Shown here: positions 27,345-42,626 of the stretch, piece by piece
How positions within the stretch are numbered: position 1 is the stretch's first letter
Layout: each line of letters starts with the position of its first letter
Source: Neocallimastix sp. 'constans'
Lineage: Eukaryota
Assembly: GCA_050613775.1 (NCBI GenBank)
Contig: JBODTK010000133.1
Location: forward strand, 310,001 to 374,000
Length of the DNA: 64,000 nucleotides
Direction of reading: 5' to 3'
Program-made: the position numbers and the translations under genes
The notes under the pieces: generated by a model
Databases searched by the model: none
What the model was told of the DNA's origin: nothing
The model's input: only the letters and a program-made list of their open reading frames with translations

Positions 27345-27535
27345 TTTATTTATTATTTATTATTTATTAATTATTACTTATTATTTATTAATTATTATTT
27401 ATTATTTATTATTTATTATTTATTATTTATTATTTATTATTTATTATTTATTATTTATTATTTATTATTTATTATTTATTATTTATAATTTATTATTTAT
27501 TATTTATTATTTATTATTATTTATTATTTATTTAT
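27345..27535. repeat. (TTATTTA)n microsatellite
   Basis: 7-bp periodicity. Confidence 0.88.
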
Positions 27536-28249
27536 TTATATTAAATTATATAAATTATTTTAAAAAAAAATTTTTTCATAATTAATAAATTTTAAATTTA
27601 TATATATTTAAATTTATATATATTTTTATTATTTATATATAATTATTTGTAATTTACTATAAAATTTTTCCTTTTTTTTATTTAAATTTTTATTTTATTT
27701 TTATTTGCATTATAGTAAATTTTATTTATTATTTTTAATTTATATCTTTTAAAAAATCATTACATTCTATTATTATTTTACCTTTAATGAAAGAATGAAA
27801 AAGAGAAAAAAAAATATGAAAATTTATATATTGATATAATAAATTTAATATTAATAATTAATAAGGAATTTAATGATTTTTATATATTATATATATTTTT
27901 TTAACTTTAAAAAGTTCTTTATATATTTATTTATTATTTATTTTATTATTTATTATTTATTATTTATTATTTATTATTTATTATTTATTATTCATTATTT
28001 ATTATTTATTATTTATTATTTATTATTTTTTTTTTTTTTTTGATTTATTTTTAATTATTCATTGTACTTGAACTTCTATAATAAAAAAAGATTTATTTAT
28101 TTATTTATTTATATAATATCAATTTTTGTATATATTAGAAATAATTAAAATAAAAATAAAAAAAAAAAAAAGGTATTCCCGACCTTATTTTAGAAATGTT
28201 CTTTTTTATTTATTTTGTTGTTTTATAAAGGCAGTAAAAATTATATATT

Positions 28250-28480
28250 TAGATATATAAGTAGGTAGTAGATATTTATATTAATGTAGTATATATAAGA
28301 AGTAGGTAGTAGATATTAGATATTAGATATTTATATTTATGTAGTATATAAGTAGATATTAGATATTTATATTAATGTAGTATATAAGTAGATATTAGAT
28401 ATTTATATTAATGTAGTATATAAGTAGATAGTAGATATTTATATTTATGTAGTATATATAAGAAGTAGATAGTAGATATT
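28250..28480. repeat. Minisatellite, ~38-50 bp unit
   Basis: Five copies of TAGATATTTATATT(A/T)ATGTAGTATATAAG-type unit. Confidence 0.85.
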
Positions 28481-29424
28481 TTAGTATCTAAACATTCATT
28501 TTTATATTTAGATGTTTCTATATTTATTTTTATATTTATTAAGTACATATTTTTAATATAAATAAACTGATTCAAAAAGTAAATTTAATATTAAATAAAA
28601 AAATATTAATATAAATAATTTAAAATTATTTAAATTATATATATAAAATATATATAAAATATATATAAAATATATATAAAACTATATATATTTATAAAAA
28701 AAAGAATTTTTTTTATATAGAAAGAAATGAAAAAAAAAAGTTATAAATTTTGATAAAAATAAAAAATAAAATATAAGAAATAAAATTAATAATTAAAATA
28801 ATATTATATTTAATATATTTAAATAAATAAATAGAAAGAAAAGAAAGACAAATAGTAATAATGATTAGGAGAGAGTCTTTTCTTTACAACGAAGAAAAAA
28901 AAAGTCTTTTAAGTAATTCCTATATTTTTTATAAAGGATATACTTTAATAAAATACAATATTGACTAAAATATAAATAACTATTTAATATATTTAAAATA
29001 TGAATAATAGTTTTAAATAGTAAATAATAGCTATAATAAAAAATACCAAAAGTAATACTAAAAAAATAGTTATTATCAGTAATATTGGTAAAAATAATAA
29101 TAACAATAGTTATAGTTGTGGTCATACTTTAACCATAACATTGAATTAATAATAATAAATAATATGAATCCAAATAATTAAATTAAAAAAATATATATAT
29201 ATATATAAATATAAAAAAATATAAAAAAAAAATAAAAAATTGACAATATAAATAAAAAAAAATTTTTTTTTTGTTTTTTGTTTTTAAAAAAAAATTAAAA
29301 AATTTTTATGGTTTAATTTTTATCCCTTTGTTACACAAAAACTGTACTTCTATTTATATATTTAATCTATTTCAATAAATTATTATATATTAAACTTCAA
29401 AAATGGAATTTAAATCAATAATGG

Positions 29425-29695
29425 AATAATAAATAATTGAATAATAAATAATTGAATAATAAATAATAAATAATAAATAATAAATAATAAATAATAAATA
29501 ATAAATAATAAATAATAAATAATTAAATAATTGAATAATAAATAATAAATAATAAATAATTAAATAATTGAATAATAAATAATAAATAATAAATAATAAA
29601 TAATAAATAATAAATAATAAATAATAAATAATTAATAATAAATAATAAATAATAAATAATAAATAATAAATAATAAATAATAAATAATAAATAAC
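29425..29695. repeat. (TAAATAA)n microsatellite, reverse orientation of the heptamer
   Basis: 7-bp periodicity with TTGAA variants. A similar tract lies at 30880-31035. Confidence 0.88.
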
Positions 29696-32600
29696 GAAAT
29701 AATTGAAAAATATTACAACAAACATGAAAACCTATAAATACCAAAAAAAAAAAAAAAAAAAAAAAAAAACAGAAACAAAACAAAACAAAATACTATTGAA
29801 CAATTAAAATAAAATAAAAAAAGTAACTGTGTCTCTGCCACGATGGCTCCTATACTGGAAATTTTTAAATAAAAAAAAAAAAAGGGGGGAGGAAAGGAAG
29901 GAAGAAGGGAAGAATTTTAATTAAATATTAATTTTCATAAATATATTTTATAGATAGACATAACCATTAATATAAACATTGATATAAACATAGATATACT
30001 TTATAGTATTAATTATATAATAATATAACATATTTCTTATTTATTAATTCTTATTTCTTATTTTTATTATATGATATTATTAATTGAAATGACTTGTTTC
30101 AATTATTACATAAAATTTTGGGGAATATTTATATAATAAAAATTGAAATATATAGATATATATAAAAGTTCATTCCTATTTTTTTTATATAAATATATAT
30201 ATATAATTTCTTTTTACTAATATCAAAAATGGGATTTTATAAAAAATGACTTATATTGTAGTAATCAAATAAAATTCATTTCTTTCTTTCACTTCTTCAC
30301 TCTTATATATAATCATCAAATATTAATCATCACATAAATAATAATTAAAAATTAGAAATAATCAATGATTCCATTTAAAGGTTAATTAAAGATAAATAAT
30401 ATTAAATTCATTTAATCATTTCATAATATTATATATCAAATTAAAATTATATAATTATATAATTATATATATACTATAGTTTGATAATTTGATATTCAGT
30501 TTTAAAAAAAAAAAAAAGTTTGGAAGTTGGGTAAATTTCTTAATATATATTCAAATATGTATCTATAATTATATATAATTATTATATATTCAGATTTATA
30601 CATAATTTATTATATATAATTACTATATACATGCAATGCATATTTATAATTATATATATTCATTTATATAGTTGTATATTTTCATATATATTTATATAGT
30701 TTTATATTTTTATGTATATTTATTTTATAATATATTTATTATATATATTCATATCATTATTTTATAAATAACTATTATAGTATTATATATTCATATGTAC
30801 TCATAAATTATTATATATAAAGTATCCAATAAAACTTTGCATCAAAAATATGCAAATTGATTGATTGAAATAACCAAATACTAATAATAATAAATAATTA
30901 TTTGATAATTATAAATAATAAATAATTGAATAATAAATAATTGAATAATTAATAATAAATTATAAATAATAAATAATAAATAATTATTTGATAATTATAA
31001 ATAATAAATAATAAATAATAAATAATAAATAATAAATTTAATTACAATTAATAATAAAAATAATTAATATTAAAATTATAATTTTTAATTATTTCAAACT
31101 AAATAAAAACAAAACAAAAAAAAAAAAAAATCATTAATTGATATATAAAATTAACTTCTAGTTTATTTTATTTTTATTTTTATTTTAATAAAAATGAAAA
31201 TATAAAATTTAATAAAAATTTTCTTCTATTAAAATATAAAATATGAATATTTTATATCTTAAAATATTCTAAATATACTTTAAAAATTTAATTGTAGGAA
31301 TGATAAAAAATGAAAAAAAAAAAGAAAAGAAAAAAAAAAAAAGGAATAATTAAATAATAATAAATGTAGAATGTAGAATACTTGTATAGATTAGAAATAA
31401 AATAAATTAAAAAAAAATAAAAATTATTCAAACTCATTAAAAACATTACAATAAAAGGCAAAATGAGACTTGATTTTTTTTTTTTTACCTATTTAATTCC
31501 TTCATCTAACTTTAACTGCTCTTAAATAAAAAAAAAAAAAAGTAAAAGAAAAATACAATTAAAAGAAAAATAAAATGTAATTATAATTTAAACATAATTT
31601 AAAAGTATAATAGTAGCCATTATTCTTATAATTATTTCATTTCATTTTACCATTTTTCTTCTTCTTTTTTTCTTCTTTTTTTCTTTTTTTCTTTCATTTC
31701 TATGCAGCCAAATGAAATGCTCTAAATAAAATATAAAAATATATATATATAAACTTTTGAATAGAAGGCAAAAATAAAAATTAATATGAAAAAATACAAA
31801 ATATTTTATATAATATATTTCTATTATAAATTCTTTTTTTTCTATTTATTATTATATAATTATTATTATATATTCCTTTTATTTTTATTTATATTTATAT
31901 ATTATCTTAATTATATATTTACATATGCTTTAATATATTTTATAACATATTATAATATAGTAATATATATTGAAATATATATAATATTTAATTGATTTAT
32001 AATATATATGTAATTATATTTCAATTTTTTATAATATCCAAAGAGTTGTGTTCATCTGTTTGTCATATTCTATTAGATATTTATTTAAATCAATTTTTAT
32101 ATATAAATATATATATTATTAAATATAATTATTTGTATTGTTTATATATGTAATATATAGAATGAATTGATGTTTTTAAAAAATATTAAATAATAAAGTT
32201 CATTTTTAAAAAAAATAGAAAATGATAGATTTTAACTTTTTTTTTCTTATTTTAAACAAATAACTATCTTTAGAATTCAATAAATAAATATATTAATAAT
32301 TAAATAAATTATTACTAAAAGTAAATAAATGTATAAATTTAAATTAAATAAATTTATTGGGAATAATAAACTACAAAAAAAATAATTTTTTTTCATTAGT
32401 TAAATTTATTTAAATTTAATTTATAAATAAGAACTTAAATAAATATAATAAAATATATCAAAACTATTTTAATTATTTATATATATTAATAAAGGAATTT
32501 AAGAATTTTTTTTTTTTTTTTTTTTGATTATAAATATTTTTAATTATCTATTAATTATATTTATTATTGAACTTTTTAATTTTTATATATATATATATTA

Positions 32601-33147
32601 ATATATCTTCTAAAAAAATTTTTTTTTTTTATTAAAAATTACTTTAAAACTTTAAAAAGTAGTGATGGAATGTTAATTATAGTATATAGGCTGATAATAT
32701 GAAAAATTGTTAAACTATAGCATGTTCTAAGGAAAGAAACATCATGAAATAAATAATATTAAATCAATTCAATAAAAGTTCAAAAAAAGAAAAAGTTCAA
32801 TCATAATTTTAATCAAAAAAACATAATCATTTTAATAAAAATTTTATAATACAAAAGACTAAATATTCTAAATCATAATAATATTAATAAAAGAAAAATT
32901 AAAATACTTCACTGAATTAATTAAAGAAAAAGTGTTCCTTTTATAATAAATATTTATTACCTATTAAAAAGTTTTAAAAAAAAAAAACATTTATTATATA
33001 TTTAATAATCATCATAATTATTAATATAAAAATTAAAAATTTGACAATAAAATCTTTCCTATAATTATAAAATATATAAAATTTAAAATAATATATTTAC
33101 TTTTTTTTTTTTTTTATAAAAAAAAAAATAAAATAATAATTATAAAT

Positions 33148-33178
<31 letters not shown>

Positions 33179-33183
33179 GAAAA

Positions 33184-36100
33184 ATGAGTTATTTAATACA
33201 AAGTCCTTTAGAAAAACCAAATCCAAAATCACCTTCTAATCTTTCTTCCTACATCAATACTTATATTTCATCTTATATTGATAACTATTTGAAAAATGAT
33301 GATAATTGTGAAGAAAAAAATAGCCATGAAAAAAGTCGATTCAACTATTTTGATTCTGTGGAAGACTATTCCCCACCAACATCACCTCAAAATACTGAAA
33401 TAAAAGATATTTCAAGTAACATTGTAAAAAGTAAAAAAAAAGACATATTGAATATATATTCAAATATATAATATTAAAATGAAAAAAGAAGAAAAAAAAT
33501 TTTTTTTCTTTTGTTTTTATATTTTGTATTTATTAACTAATAAATAATATATACAAAATTTCTAAATATTAAAATAATAATAATAATAAATTAATTTTTT
33601 TTTTATTTCTTTTATTTAATTCATATTAATTTTTCTTTTCTTTCATTTATTATTATTATTATTATATATTTTTAAATAGATAATAAACCATATTCTCCAA
33701 TTGAAAAAGAAGAAAAATATCGTTATAGAAGTAGTTATAATATTAAAAATAATAATACTTACACTAGAAAAGTTTCTGATGAAAGTAGGACTTCTACTCC
33801 AACATTAGCTGAAGAAGATACATATTCTGTTGCAAATACCTATAAAACAGAAGAAAAAACTTTATATTCTACTCCAAAATTACCAGAAAGTGAAAGAAAT
33901 TCTATTAGCTTTGAAGATAATGTGAATGAAGAATATTATAAGGATACTCATCATGAAAAAATAAAATATAATAATGAGGATGAGGATGATCTAAGATACC
34001 AAAATCAACAACATGAATATAATTATAATTATCATAATAAGTACTCTGATCTTTATTCCGATTCAAGTAATGTAGACGATGAAGAAGATGAAGATTATGA
34101 ATATACCAAGGAATATAATGATAATTATTATAAAAAAGGCAATAATGAATATCATGAGGACTACAAGGAAGATTTTAGAGGAAGAAAACCTTACAGAGAT
34201 AATTACAATGAGAATGGGAAAGAGAGTTTCTCTCTTACTGAAAGTCTAAATACATTAGATCGCATGTCCGGTAGGGGAGAAAATTATAATAGAAATAGTC
34301 AACAATCTTTTGATAGTGTCAATACTATTTCTCGTATTCCAAGAACAGCTTCTTTAAATAATCGTCTTAGAGCGAATTCTCCCGCCGGATCGATGATAAG
34401 TAGAAAATCAAATTCTAACTACTCTTCTTCTTTGTCTAGAACAAATAGTTTAAGATCTAGACCTCTTATTATTTCTAATGAAAATCCAGAAGTTCAAAAA
34501 ATTACTAAGAAAAAAAGTTTTTTCAAATTCCTTAAAAAATTAACTGGTTCTTCCGCCGACAAAACTACTAAACCAGCAGAGATAAATAATAATAAAGCTT
34601 ACGTCACTCATTCACATCAATCATCTTCTTCAAATGTATTAGCAAGTCCTACATTAAGTCATTCCTCCTCTATACACTCATCAAGTATAAGACTTTCTAC
34701 CCCACTTCAATCCTCCTTCTTCTCCTCTTCCTCTTATCAAGCTCTTATTAATAATCAAAATAATTTTAATTCAACTCAATCAATTCAACCATCTCAAAGT
34801 TCTATAAGGTTTTCTCAAGATCCAATAACATCGACTCCTGTAATATCACCACCAGTAACCTCACCAAGGTTATCACTAAAGTCATCACCAGTTCAATCTC
34901 CAATAGCATCTCCCCAATTATTAGGAGATAATCGTATTAGTATTACCAATGATTCTTTCAGTGATTCTTTTGAAAAAATTAATAATCATATCAAAGATAA
35001 TAATGATACATCTGATAATAAATTATTAGAAAAAGTAATCAATACCGATAAAATTGTGGCTACTACTACTAGTACTACTGCCACTACCACTAATAATAAT
35101 AATAAGAATAATGGTTCATCTTCTAATGATGTCAATCAGGAAATCGAAGCTGTTCATAAAAATAATTTCAAAATAAATAAAATTAGTCAATCCAATAAGA
35201 AATCTTCTAATAATGACATCACCTCAACTAAATCAACTTCTACAACTAAACAATCAACCCCAATGTATCCTGATTCTTCTTATTCTTCTTCATCTTCTTC
35301 ATCCACAGTTAAAGCCTCACCAATACCTATTTCCATTGATTCAAATAATATCAATATCATAAATACTTTTTCATCTATTAGAAATGTTAATAATCCAATA
35401 ACTTCTTCTTCTTCTTCACCAACTATTCATTTAAATTCAGTAATTGCTACTACTACTCCTATTACTACTCCTACCATTACTGCTTCCACTACAATCGATT
35501 CAACAAATGAAAAAGTTACTTCTCATTACTCACCTAATCCTGTAGCTATTTCAATTCAAACAACTACTACAACACCAACTACAATTAATGAAGAAATTTC
35601 TAATACTCCAATTAATACGAAATCCGGTGATTTAGTTAATTTTAGTAATACAATTAAAGTAAGTCAAAATCAAAGTCAAAGTCAAAATCATAATCAACTA
35701 CCAAAGTTGTTTTATACTTCTCCTTCTCTTCGTCATAAGTGTTTAAACTTTTCTATTCATAGATGTACTTATAATAAGAAAAAATATTACAATGGAACTC
35801 ATTCTATAACTGGTAAAAGAAGTAGTATGAATCCAAATATCAGTCTTCCTAGTGCTAATCTTAATGTAAGTAATGCAAGTATTTCTTATCTTAGATCTGC
35901 TAGACGAAAGTCACATCGAATGGATAGTAATAATATATTACCAAGAACTCCAAGTATTATTTTAGACCAGTTTAGTGAATATTCTGATAGTACTATGAGT
36001 GAAGATCATACTGATTATAAAATATTTAATTGGAATTATGATAATTATGATGATGAGAAGGCCATCATTAGCTCTGATGAAAATTCTTCTTTAAATATTA

Positions 36101-36837
36101 ATTTAATTGATAATAAATTAAGAGATCTTTCAATTTCATTCTCAGATCATAGTCAAAGTCGTAGTATTCATGATCGTGATTATGATTATGATCATGAATA
36201 TGAATATGAATATGAATATGATCCCTATTACGGAAATCAAAATCACAACTACAATAATAATAATAGTAATAGTAGTTCTATTCTTGATAAAAGTAGAAGT
36301 AGTTGCTATAGTAGCAATAGTGATAGTAGAACACCAAGTCCAAATCGTCCAAATCATCAAAATCAAAGAAATTATGATAATGAAAATGTAGGTGAGAATC
36401 GTAATCATAATCGTAATAGTAGTAGTAGAAATCAGAATAATAATGATAATAATAAGGAATATTCAAATCAATATCATCAATATAATGATACTAGCTATCA
36501 TCAACAGCAAACAGAAAGTGCTTACATAGAGGAAGCCACTCCAAGTAAATTTTATGATGCCACCACCATGACAAATTCCTTTTCAAATCCTTATGCCAAT
36601 TGTAAAAGTCTCTATAGTGATTTAAATGAGAATAGTAGTGAATATTATGATTCTCAAATGAATACTATTACCACCATAGAAGCTAGTAAAAGGTATCAAA
36701 GTTATATCGCTACTGATTTATCTGATTCATCTAATTCATCTGATTCATCTGATTCTTCTAATTCATCCGATTCTTATAATTCATCCAATTCATCTAAATC
36801 ATCTAAATCATCTAAATCATCATCAGAAGAAGAATAA
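33184..36837 (+). CDS. Two-exon Ser/Asn/Thr-rich low-complexity protein, about 1134 aa: join(33184..33430,33680..36837)
   Basis: GT at 33431 and TAG acceptor ending at 33679 join the 95-aa ORF in frame to the 971-aa ORF, whose frame is open from 33682. No domain recognised. Confidence 0.8.
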
Positions 36838-36982
36838 AAACATTCTCAAGAATCAATGCATTCATTCTTTTTAGTTACAGCGCGCAAACGCAGAAAATTA
36901 TTCCTCCTCGCATAGTGAAGTTATTAATTCTGTTATTGACAATTATAATAAATAAATTGTAATAAAATAAAATAAAATAAAA

Positions 36983-37016
<34 letters not shown>

Positions 37017-37754
37017 TTTAAATATAGATAGAAAATACATTCATAATATCTATAATGCATATATAAATTTATATATCCTATAAAACATATATATATAAAT
37101 ATAAAGATATATATAATACTTTAAAAGAAAAAGATATATATATATCTAATATCTAATATTACTCGCAGTAGCATAGCTTTATATAAGTTAAAAAAAAATA
37201 AAATATATTTTTATTTGCAATGAACTAACTTATAAAGTTACTATAAAAAAAAAAAAAAAAAAAAAAAATCATATATTACATATATAATCTTTAAAAAAAA
37301 AAAATTAAGACTATTTTATAATTTCGATTTATCATAATCAGTCTTTTTAAATAATATCTTTATTTTACTCTGTTATAAGCAATACTTATATTATTTTTAT
37401 ATTCATCATTATTCCAAGTTAACATTATTCTTTCTTTATATATATATTTATATATATATATATATATTTACCACTTTAGTAAATTGATATAGAATTTTAG
37501 ACTTTTTTTTATTATATTATTTTATATATATATTATATTTGAATCAACTATTTTATTATTAAATGTTAAAAAAAAAAATATTTTCATTCATAAAGATTTT
37601 TAAAATAAAATAAAATAATAAAATATCTATTCTATTCTATATTTTATATATTAATAAATTTTTATAAATTTTAAAAAAAAAATATAAAATAAAAAAAAAA
37701 AAAAATATAAATAAAATATTAAAGAATAATCCAATTGCTATTTATTTATATATA

Positions 37755-38110
37755 TATATTTTATAAGCCTATATATCTACATATATATATATATATTATA
37801 AGCCTATATAATTTTGAAAAGCCAATATATATATATATATATATAATTTATAAGCCTATATAATTTTTGAAAAACCTATTTATATATTTTATATACCTAT
37901 GTAATTTTTGAAAAATCCTTATATATATTTTATAAACCTTTGAAAAACCTATTTATATATTTTATATACCTAAGTAATTTTTGAAAAATCCTTATATATA
38001 TTTTATAAACCTTTGAAAAACCTATAAATACATTTTTATAAGCCTTTTTAATTTTTGAAAAGCCTATTTATATATTTTATAAATCTATATAGTTTTTGAA
38101 AAGCCTCTTT
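37755..38110. repeat. Degenerate minisatellite with a 73-bp higher-order duplication
   Basis: Recurrent TTTGAAAA(A/G)CCTA and ATAAGCCTAT. Near-identical blocks start at 37869 and 37942. Confidence 0.75.
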
Positions 38111-38117
38111 TTATCTT

Positions 38118-38787
38118 TGTTAAGAATCTATAATTATTTTAATCAAAAATAATTTTATTTTCTTAGTTTAGTTATAATTAATATAACTTTTATTTAATTG
38201 ATATTATAATCATAAATTTAAATATAATTAATATTTTATTTAATATTATAGTAAATATTTATTCAATTTACTATTAAAATTTTATTTAAATAAATAGTTT
38301 TTATACATTTAAAAATAATAATAATTTATTTAATCATTCATTTAAATATTAAAATTTATTAGTTTTTGTAATTAATTTAAATTAAATTATAAAACTAAAA
38401 TGTTATTCTATCTTCTATAATGTATTTTGTATTTTATAATGTATTCTGTATTTTGTTTATTATGTAATTTTATACTATTAATGTATTATTTTATATTTTA
38501 ATGTAAAGTTCAAGAAAATATAACTAAATGGATAAAATTATAATTTTATGATTGAAATAATCTTTATTATTTCAATTATCTTTATTATTTCAATTAGATT
38601 AGACAGTCGGTTAGCTTAGATTTTTCCAATTACTTTTAGTAACTGGTTTTTACATAATTTATGCAATGATTAATATGGATAGAATATCGATCGGAAACTT
38701 ATCTTGGATTTTCTATCTAATCTTTTCCTAGATATAAGAAATTTGTTAAGATTAGAAAATACATTTTTATATTTAACCTTATTTTTG

Positions 38788-38831
<44 letters not shown>

Positions 38832-39076
38832 ATAAGCCTATTGAGTTCTCTTTGAGAAATTAAGAGTTATTATTATAACAAATATAACAAATTTAAAAAA
38901 AAAATAACAAATTTAATATAGTAATAATAACAACAATAAATATAATAAAACTATTAATGACTTTATTATTAATAAAAATAAATTTTTAATAAATCAAATT
39001 TTATATGTAAAATATTTTCTTTTCAAAATTTTAGTGTCTAATAAACTTTAAAATATTAGATAAGAACCATAGGTAA
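38118..39076 (+). mobile_element. Diverged, 3'-truncated LTR related to family B LTR (51177)
   Basis: Starts TGTTAAGAATCTATAATTATTTT. Shares ATGGATAGAATATCGATC, GAGTTCTCTTTGAGAAAT and AGAACCATAGGTAA with the 51177 LTR but has many substitutions. Confidence 0.85.
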
Positions 39077-39085
39077 TGTAAGGAA

Positions 39086-40660
39086 TGGATGCTTTCCTCA
39101 ATGGACTTAACGACCAAATTACTACCAAAATATATGAAATGTTTTCAGGACCAAGATCTCTTTTCGCATTACAAACTATATTGCCTCTAGACTAGATAGT
39201 CGCATTGCTGCTCATAGACAATTTTCTAATCCACAAAACAGATCAAATAATAATAATAATAATAACAGAAATAATAACAGAAATAATAATAATAGAAGAC
39301 AAAATAAAGGAAAAAAGCCTTTCAAATTCAATGCCCGAGGTCCTTTGTCTAATGAAGAAAAGGAAAGAAGAAGAAAAGAACATCTTTGTGCCTATTGCGG
39401 ATCAGCTAACCATTCCCTTGACCATTGCCCACTAGTAAACAGAAATAAAGCCTCTTCAAGCAGTTCTCATATCACTAAACTTGAACCCAAAACCATTCCA
39501 AGAATAAGAATTTCTGATCAACCCGACGTAAAGCTACCTATTTTTGAATTCTCTCTTAATGTTTCCAATATCTCTACAAAAACTAAAATTCTTCTGGATT
39601 GGGGCTCTCAACTTAATTTAATGGATGTATACTTCGCAAAAGAAAACAATATTCCTTACTCTAGTGAATGTAATCTCCCTAACGTATCTGGAATCGGCGG
39701 TATTCAGTCAATCATAGGTAAAACTGCTCCAATATCCTTAAAATATAAAAATTACATTTGTAAAATTTGTAAAACAAGTTTCTATGTTGTTGACCTTCCT
39801 TCGTATTGTGCTATTTTAGGCATTGACTGGCTAGAAACTCATAACCCTACTATAAATTTTGCCTCAATGGAACTCTCTTTCAAATCCAACTATTGTATTT
39901 TTAATTGTCTTGTACTTCCCAGCGCCTTCACTACTTATGTTCCTTTAAATACTATTAAAAAAGGAATGATAAAGAAGAAGAAAATAAAGAAAGTAATAAA
40001 ATAAATAAATCATTACCAAAGAAATTACTTCCATTTAAGGATATTTTTAGCGAAATATATGCGAATGTACTTTCTCGAAGACCTGATTATGCATCAAATG
40101 AAGAAGAACTGTCCTTCTGATATTCCTTTCAACGTCTTAAAACCTGAAAATTTTTGCCCTGCTACTTCCATTGCCTCTTTAAATGATCAAATACTCCATG
40201 AATACAAGAAAGACAAATATTATAATGAAATCTGCAAAAAACTCAACTCTAAACCTGAATCTAATAAATTTTCTTTAAGCAACAACTTCTTACTCTTTGA
40301 TGGAAAAATTTATGTTCCCTTTAACTGTCATTCTTCCTTATTAAATATCTGTCTTGACTCCCCATCTGCTGGTCATTTTGGTTTCAAGAAAACTTTCTCC
40401 TTAATCAATCGTGACTTTTGGTGATCATCTATGCAAAAAGATATTAAAGACTATATTTAATCTTGTGAAATCGGTTGTCGTTCAAAGGATTCTAGACACA
40501 AACCTTGTGGATTTCTGAACCCACTAGAAATTCCTGACCGACCTTGGACTTCGCTTTCCATGGATTTCATCACTGATCTCCCTTCATCTAATGGATATAC
40601 TTGTATTTTTGTTGTTCTCGATAGATTCACAAAAATGGGTCACTTCATCCCTTTTCTTAA
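39086..40660 (+). pseudogene. Decayed Ty3/Gypsy gag-pol fragment (relative of element C) lacking RT/RNase H
   Basis: MDAFLNGLND gag segment, CAYCGSANHSLDHC knuckle, protease LLDWGS, then a direct jump at about 40067 to LSRRPDY and integrase SMDFITDLP. Several stops and frameshifts. Confidence 0.85.
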
Positions 40661-40831
40661 GTACATACTACTGTTTACTGCTAACGTGCTTCTGGAAAAT
40701 CGTCTGGAAATGCTTGAGTATTTTCTTATTCAACTGTTTTCTTTCGCCAAAACTTCCTAACTATGACCTTATAATCATAATAAACATATATATATATTTC
40801 ATAGTTAATATAATTTATAATTTAGGTAAAA

Positions 40832-42586
40832 ATGGAATCCAATAGTAATAACGCCCAAATTCCAAGTGAAGTTGAATCCTCAAAGCTTATAACAGCTTTA
40901 ACAGAATTTATTCCTACCTTCTTTTCCGCCAACGGAGTGTTATCCAAGGACTTAGCTGATAACAACAAACTTAACGTTAATGAGCTCCTGGAACAGAGTG
41001 AATTGTTTTTTAAAAAACATCCCAACTCTTTTTCCACGGACGACTTAAAAATTTCTTATGTTATCAGCATGTTACATGGACCTCCAAAGAAATGGGGACT
41101 TTCATTGAAGGCTGATGGGACTTTAAATTCGTTAAGCTATGACACCTTTAAAGATATTTTGATAAGCAATTTTGGGGATACTAAAGAACAGAAGGATGTT
41201 CTTATTGAACAACTTCTAAACTTAAAACAACTTCATTTAGGAAGAGCCGCATTATATACTATTGAATTTCGAAGGTTAGCTGGACGTATTGGATGGCCGG
41301 ACGATGTATTCATTGACCTAATCAAAAGAGGTCTTCTTGAGGATGTTAAAACAGAGTTCAATAAATTAGACAAACCTAAAAGTTTATTTGAGGCAACAAA
41401 TTCTATTATCAATATTGATAGAAAATGTTTACTTAAGCAAAAAGTAAAGACCAATGACTACAAGCCAAAGAGTAGTAAATCTTTCAAACGAAAAAGAAAC
41501 GAAACTAACACTAACATGACCGAAAACAAATTTAAACGCAATAAGCACCATAAGGGACGAGACAATGGAAGTATTTTATCAGCAAATTACACCCCAAGTC
41601 ATAATAATAAAATGACTACAACTTTCTTGTTAACTGTTAATAACAAAAAGATTAAAACCAGAATCCTTATTGACTCGGGCTCTGCTAGAAGTTATCTCTG
41701 CAAAAGCTTCGTAACAGCAAACAAAATTCCTTATTCAAACCTCTCAAATACGATCAATGTAAAACTTCCTAATGAAAAGAATATGGCTATAAAACAAGTT
41801 ACAAAACGTCTTAAGCTTACTTTCATGGACCATACGGAAACATTTGAATTCTTTATAGCCAATTTACAACTTCAAGACGTATCTGCAATCCTTGGAAGAG
41901 ATTGGTTAAGCTTTCATTCACCTTACTGTAACGAATCATAAAAATTAGCATAATGTCTTAGTTGTTAGTAACTAAGACTTTAGTTCGAGCTTCTCAAGTT
42001 CGAAACCTTTATTTTTCCAAAAAATATATTTTATTATTATTTTTATTTTATTTTTTATTTTTATTAAGAAAAATAGCTTGATTGGTTATTTTTAATTCAT
42101 TAAAATTTCTTTATTTTATTTATCAAAATTTTTATATAAATAGGAGTAGATTTTCCTCTAAAAATATTTTATACTTTGAGTTTTTATTAATAAAATAAAA
42201 TTATTATTAAACACTAACTTATTAAGTTAATTAATGTGTTTTTGATAATAAATTTATAATTAATAAAATAAATATAAATAAAAATATTTTACTTATTTTA
42301 TTTTAAAGGTTTTAAGTGTTTATTTTTAAATTTATTGTCAAGAACCATTTCGTGACAATAAAAACTCCTAAAAATAAAAAACTTAATACCTTAGTGTTTA
42401 AAATTTTTAAGTATTCTTTTTAAGAAAAATAAGTCAGTAGCAAACAATAATTGTTTGTAAATTAAGGCGTTTTTCAAAAAGAGAATATAAAGATAAGTCA
42501 GTAGCTTTGTGCGAAGTAAGGCGTCTTTATTTACTAAAAATTTTAATCATTGCTTTTCTTAATAATATTTCTAATAAAACATTTTT

Positions 42587-42626
<40 letters not shown>

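Noticed and set aside
13900..31995. Short ORFs at 13900, 17051, 20546, 22470, 24880, 26664, 27255, 28865, 29390, 29523 and 31786
   Set aside because: Low-complexity translations of AT-rich or microsatellite DNA with no motifs.
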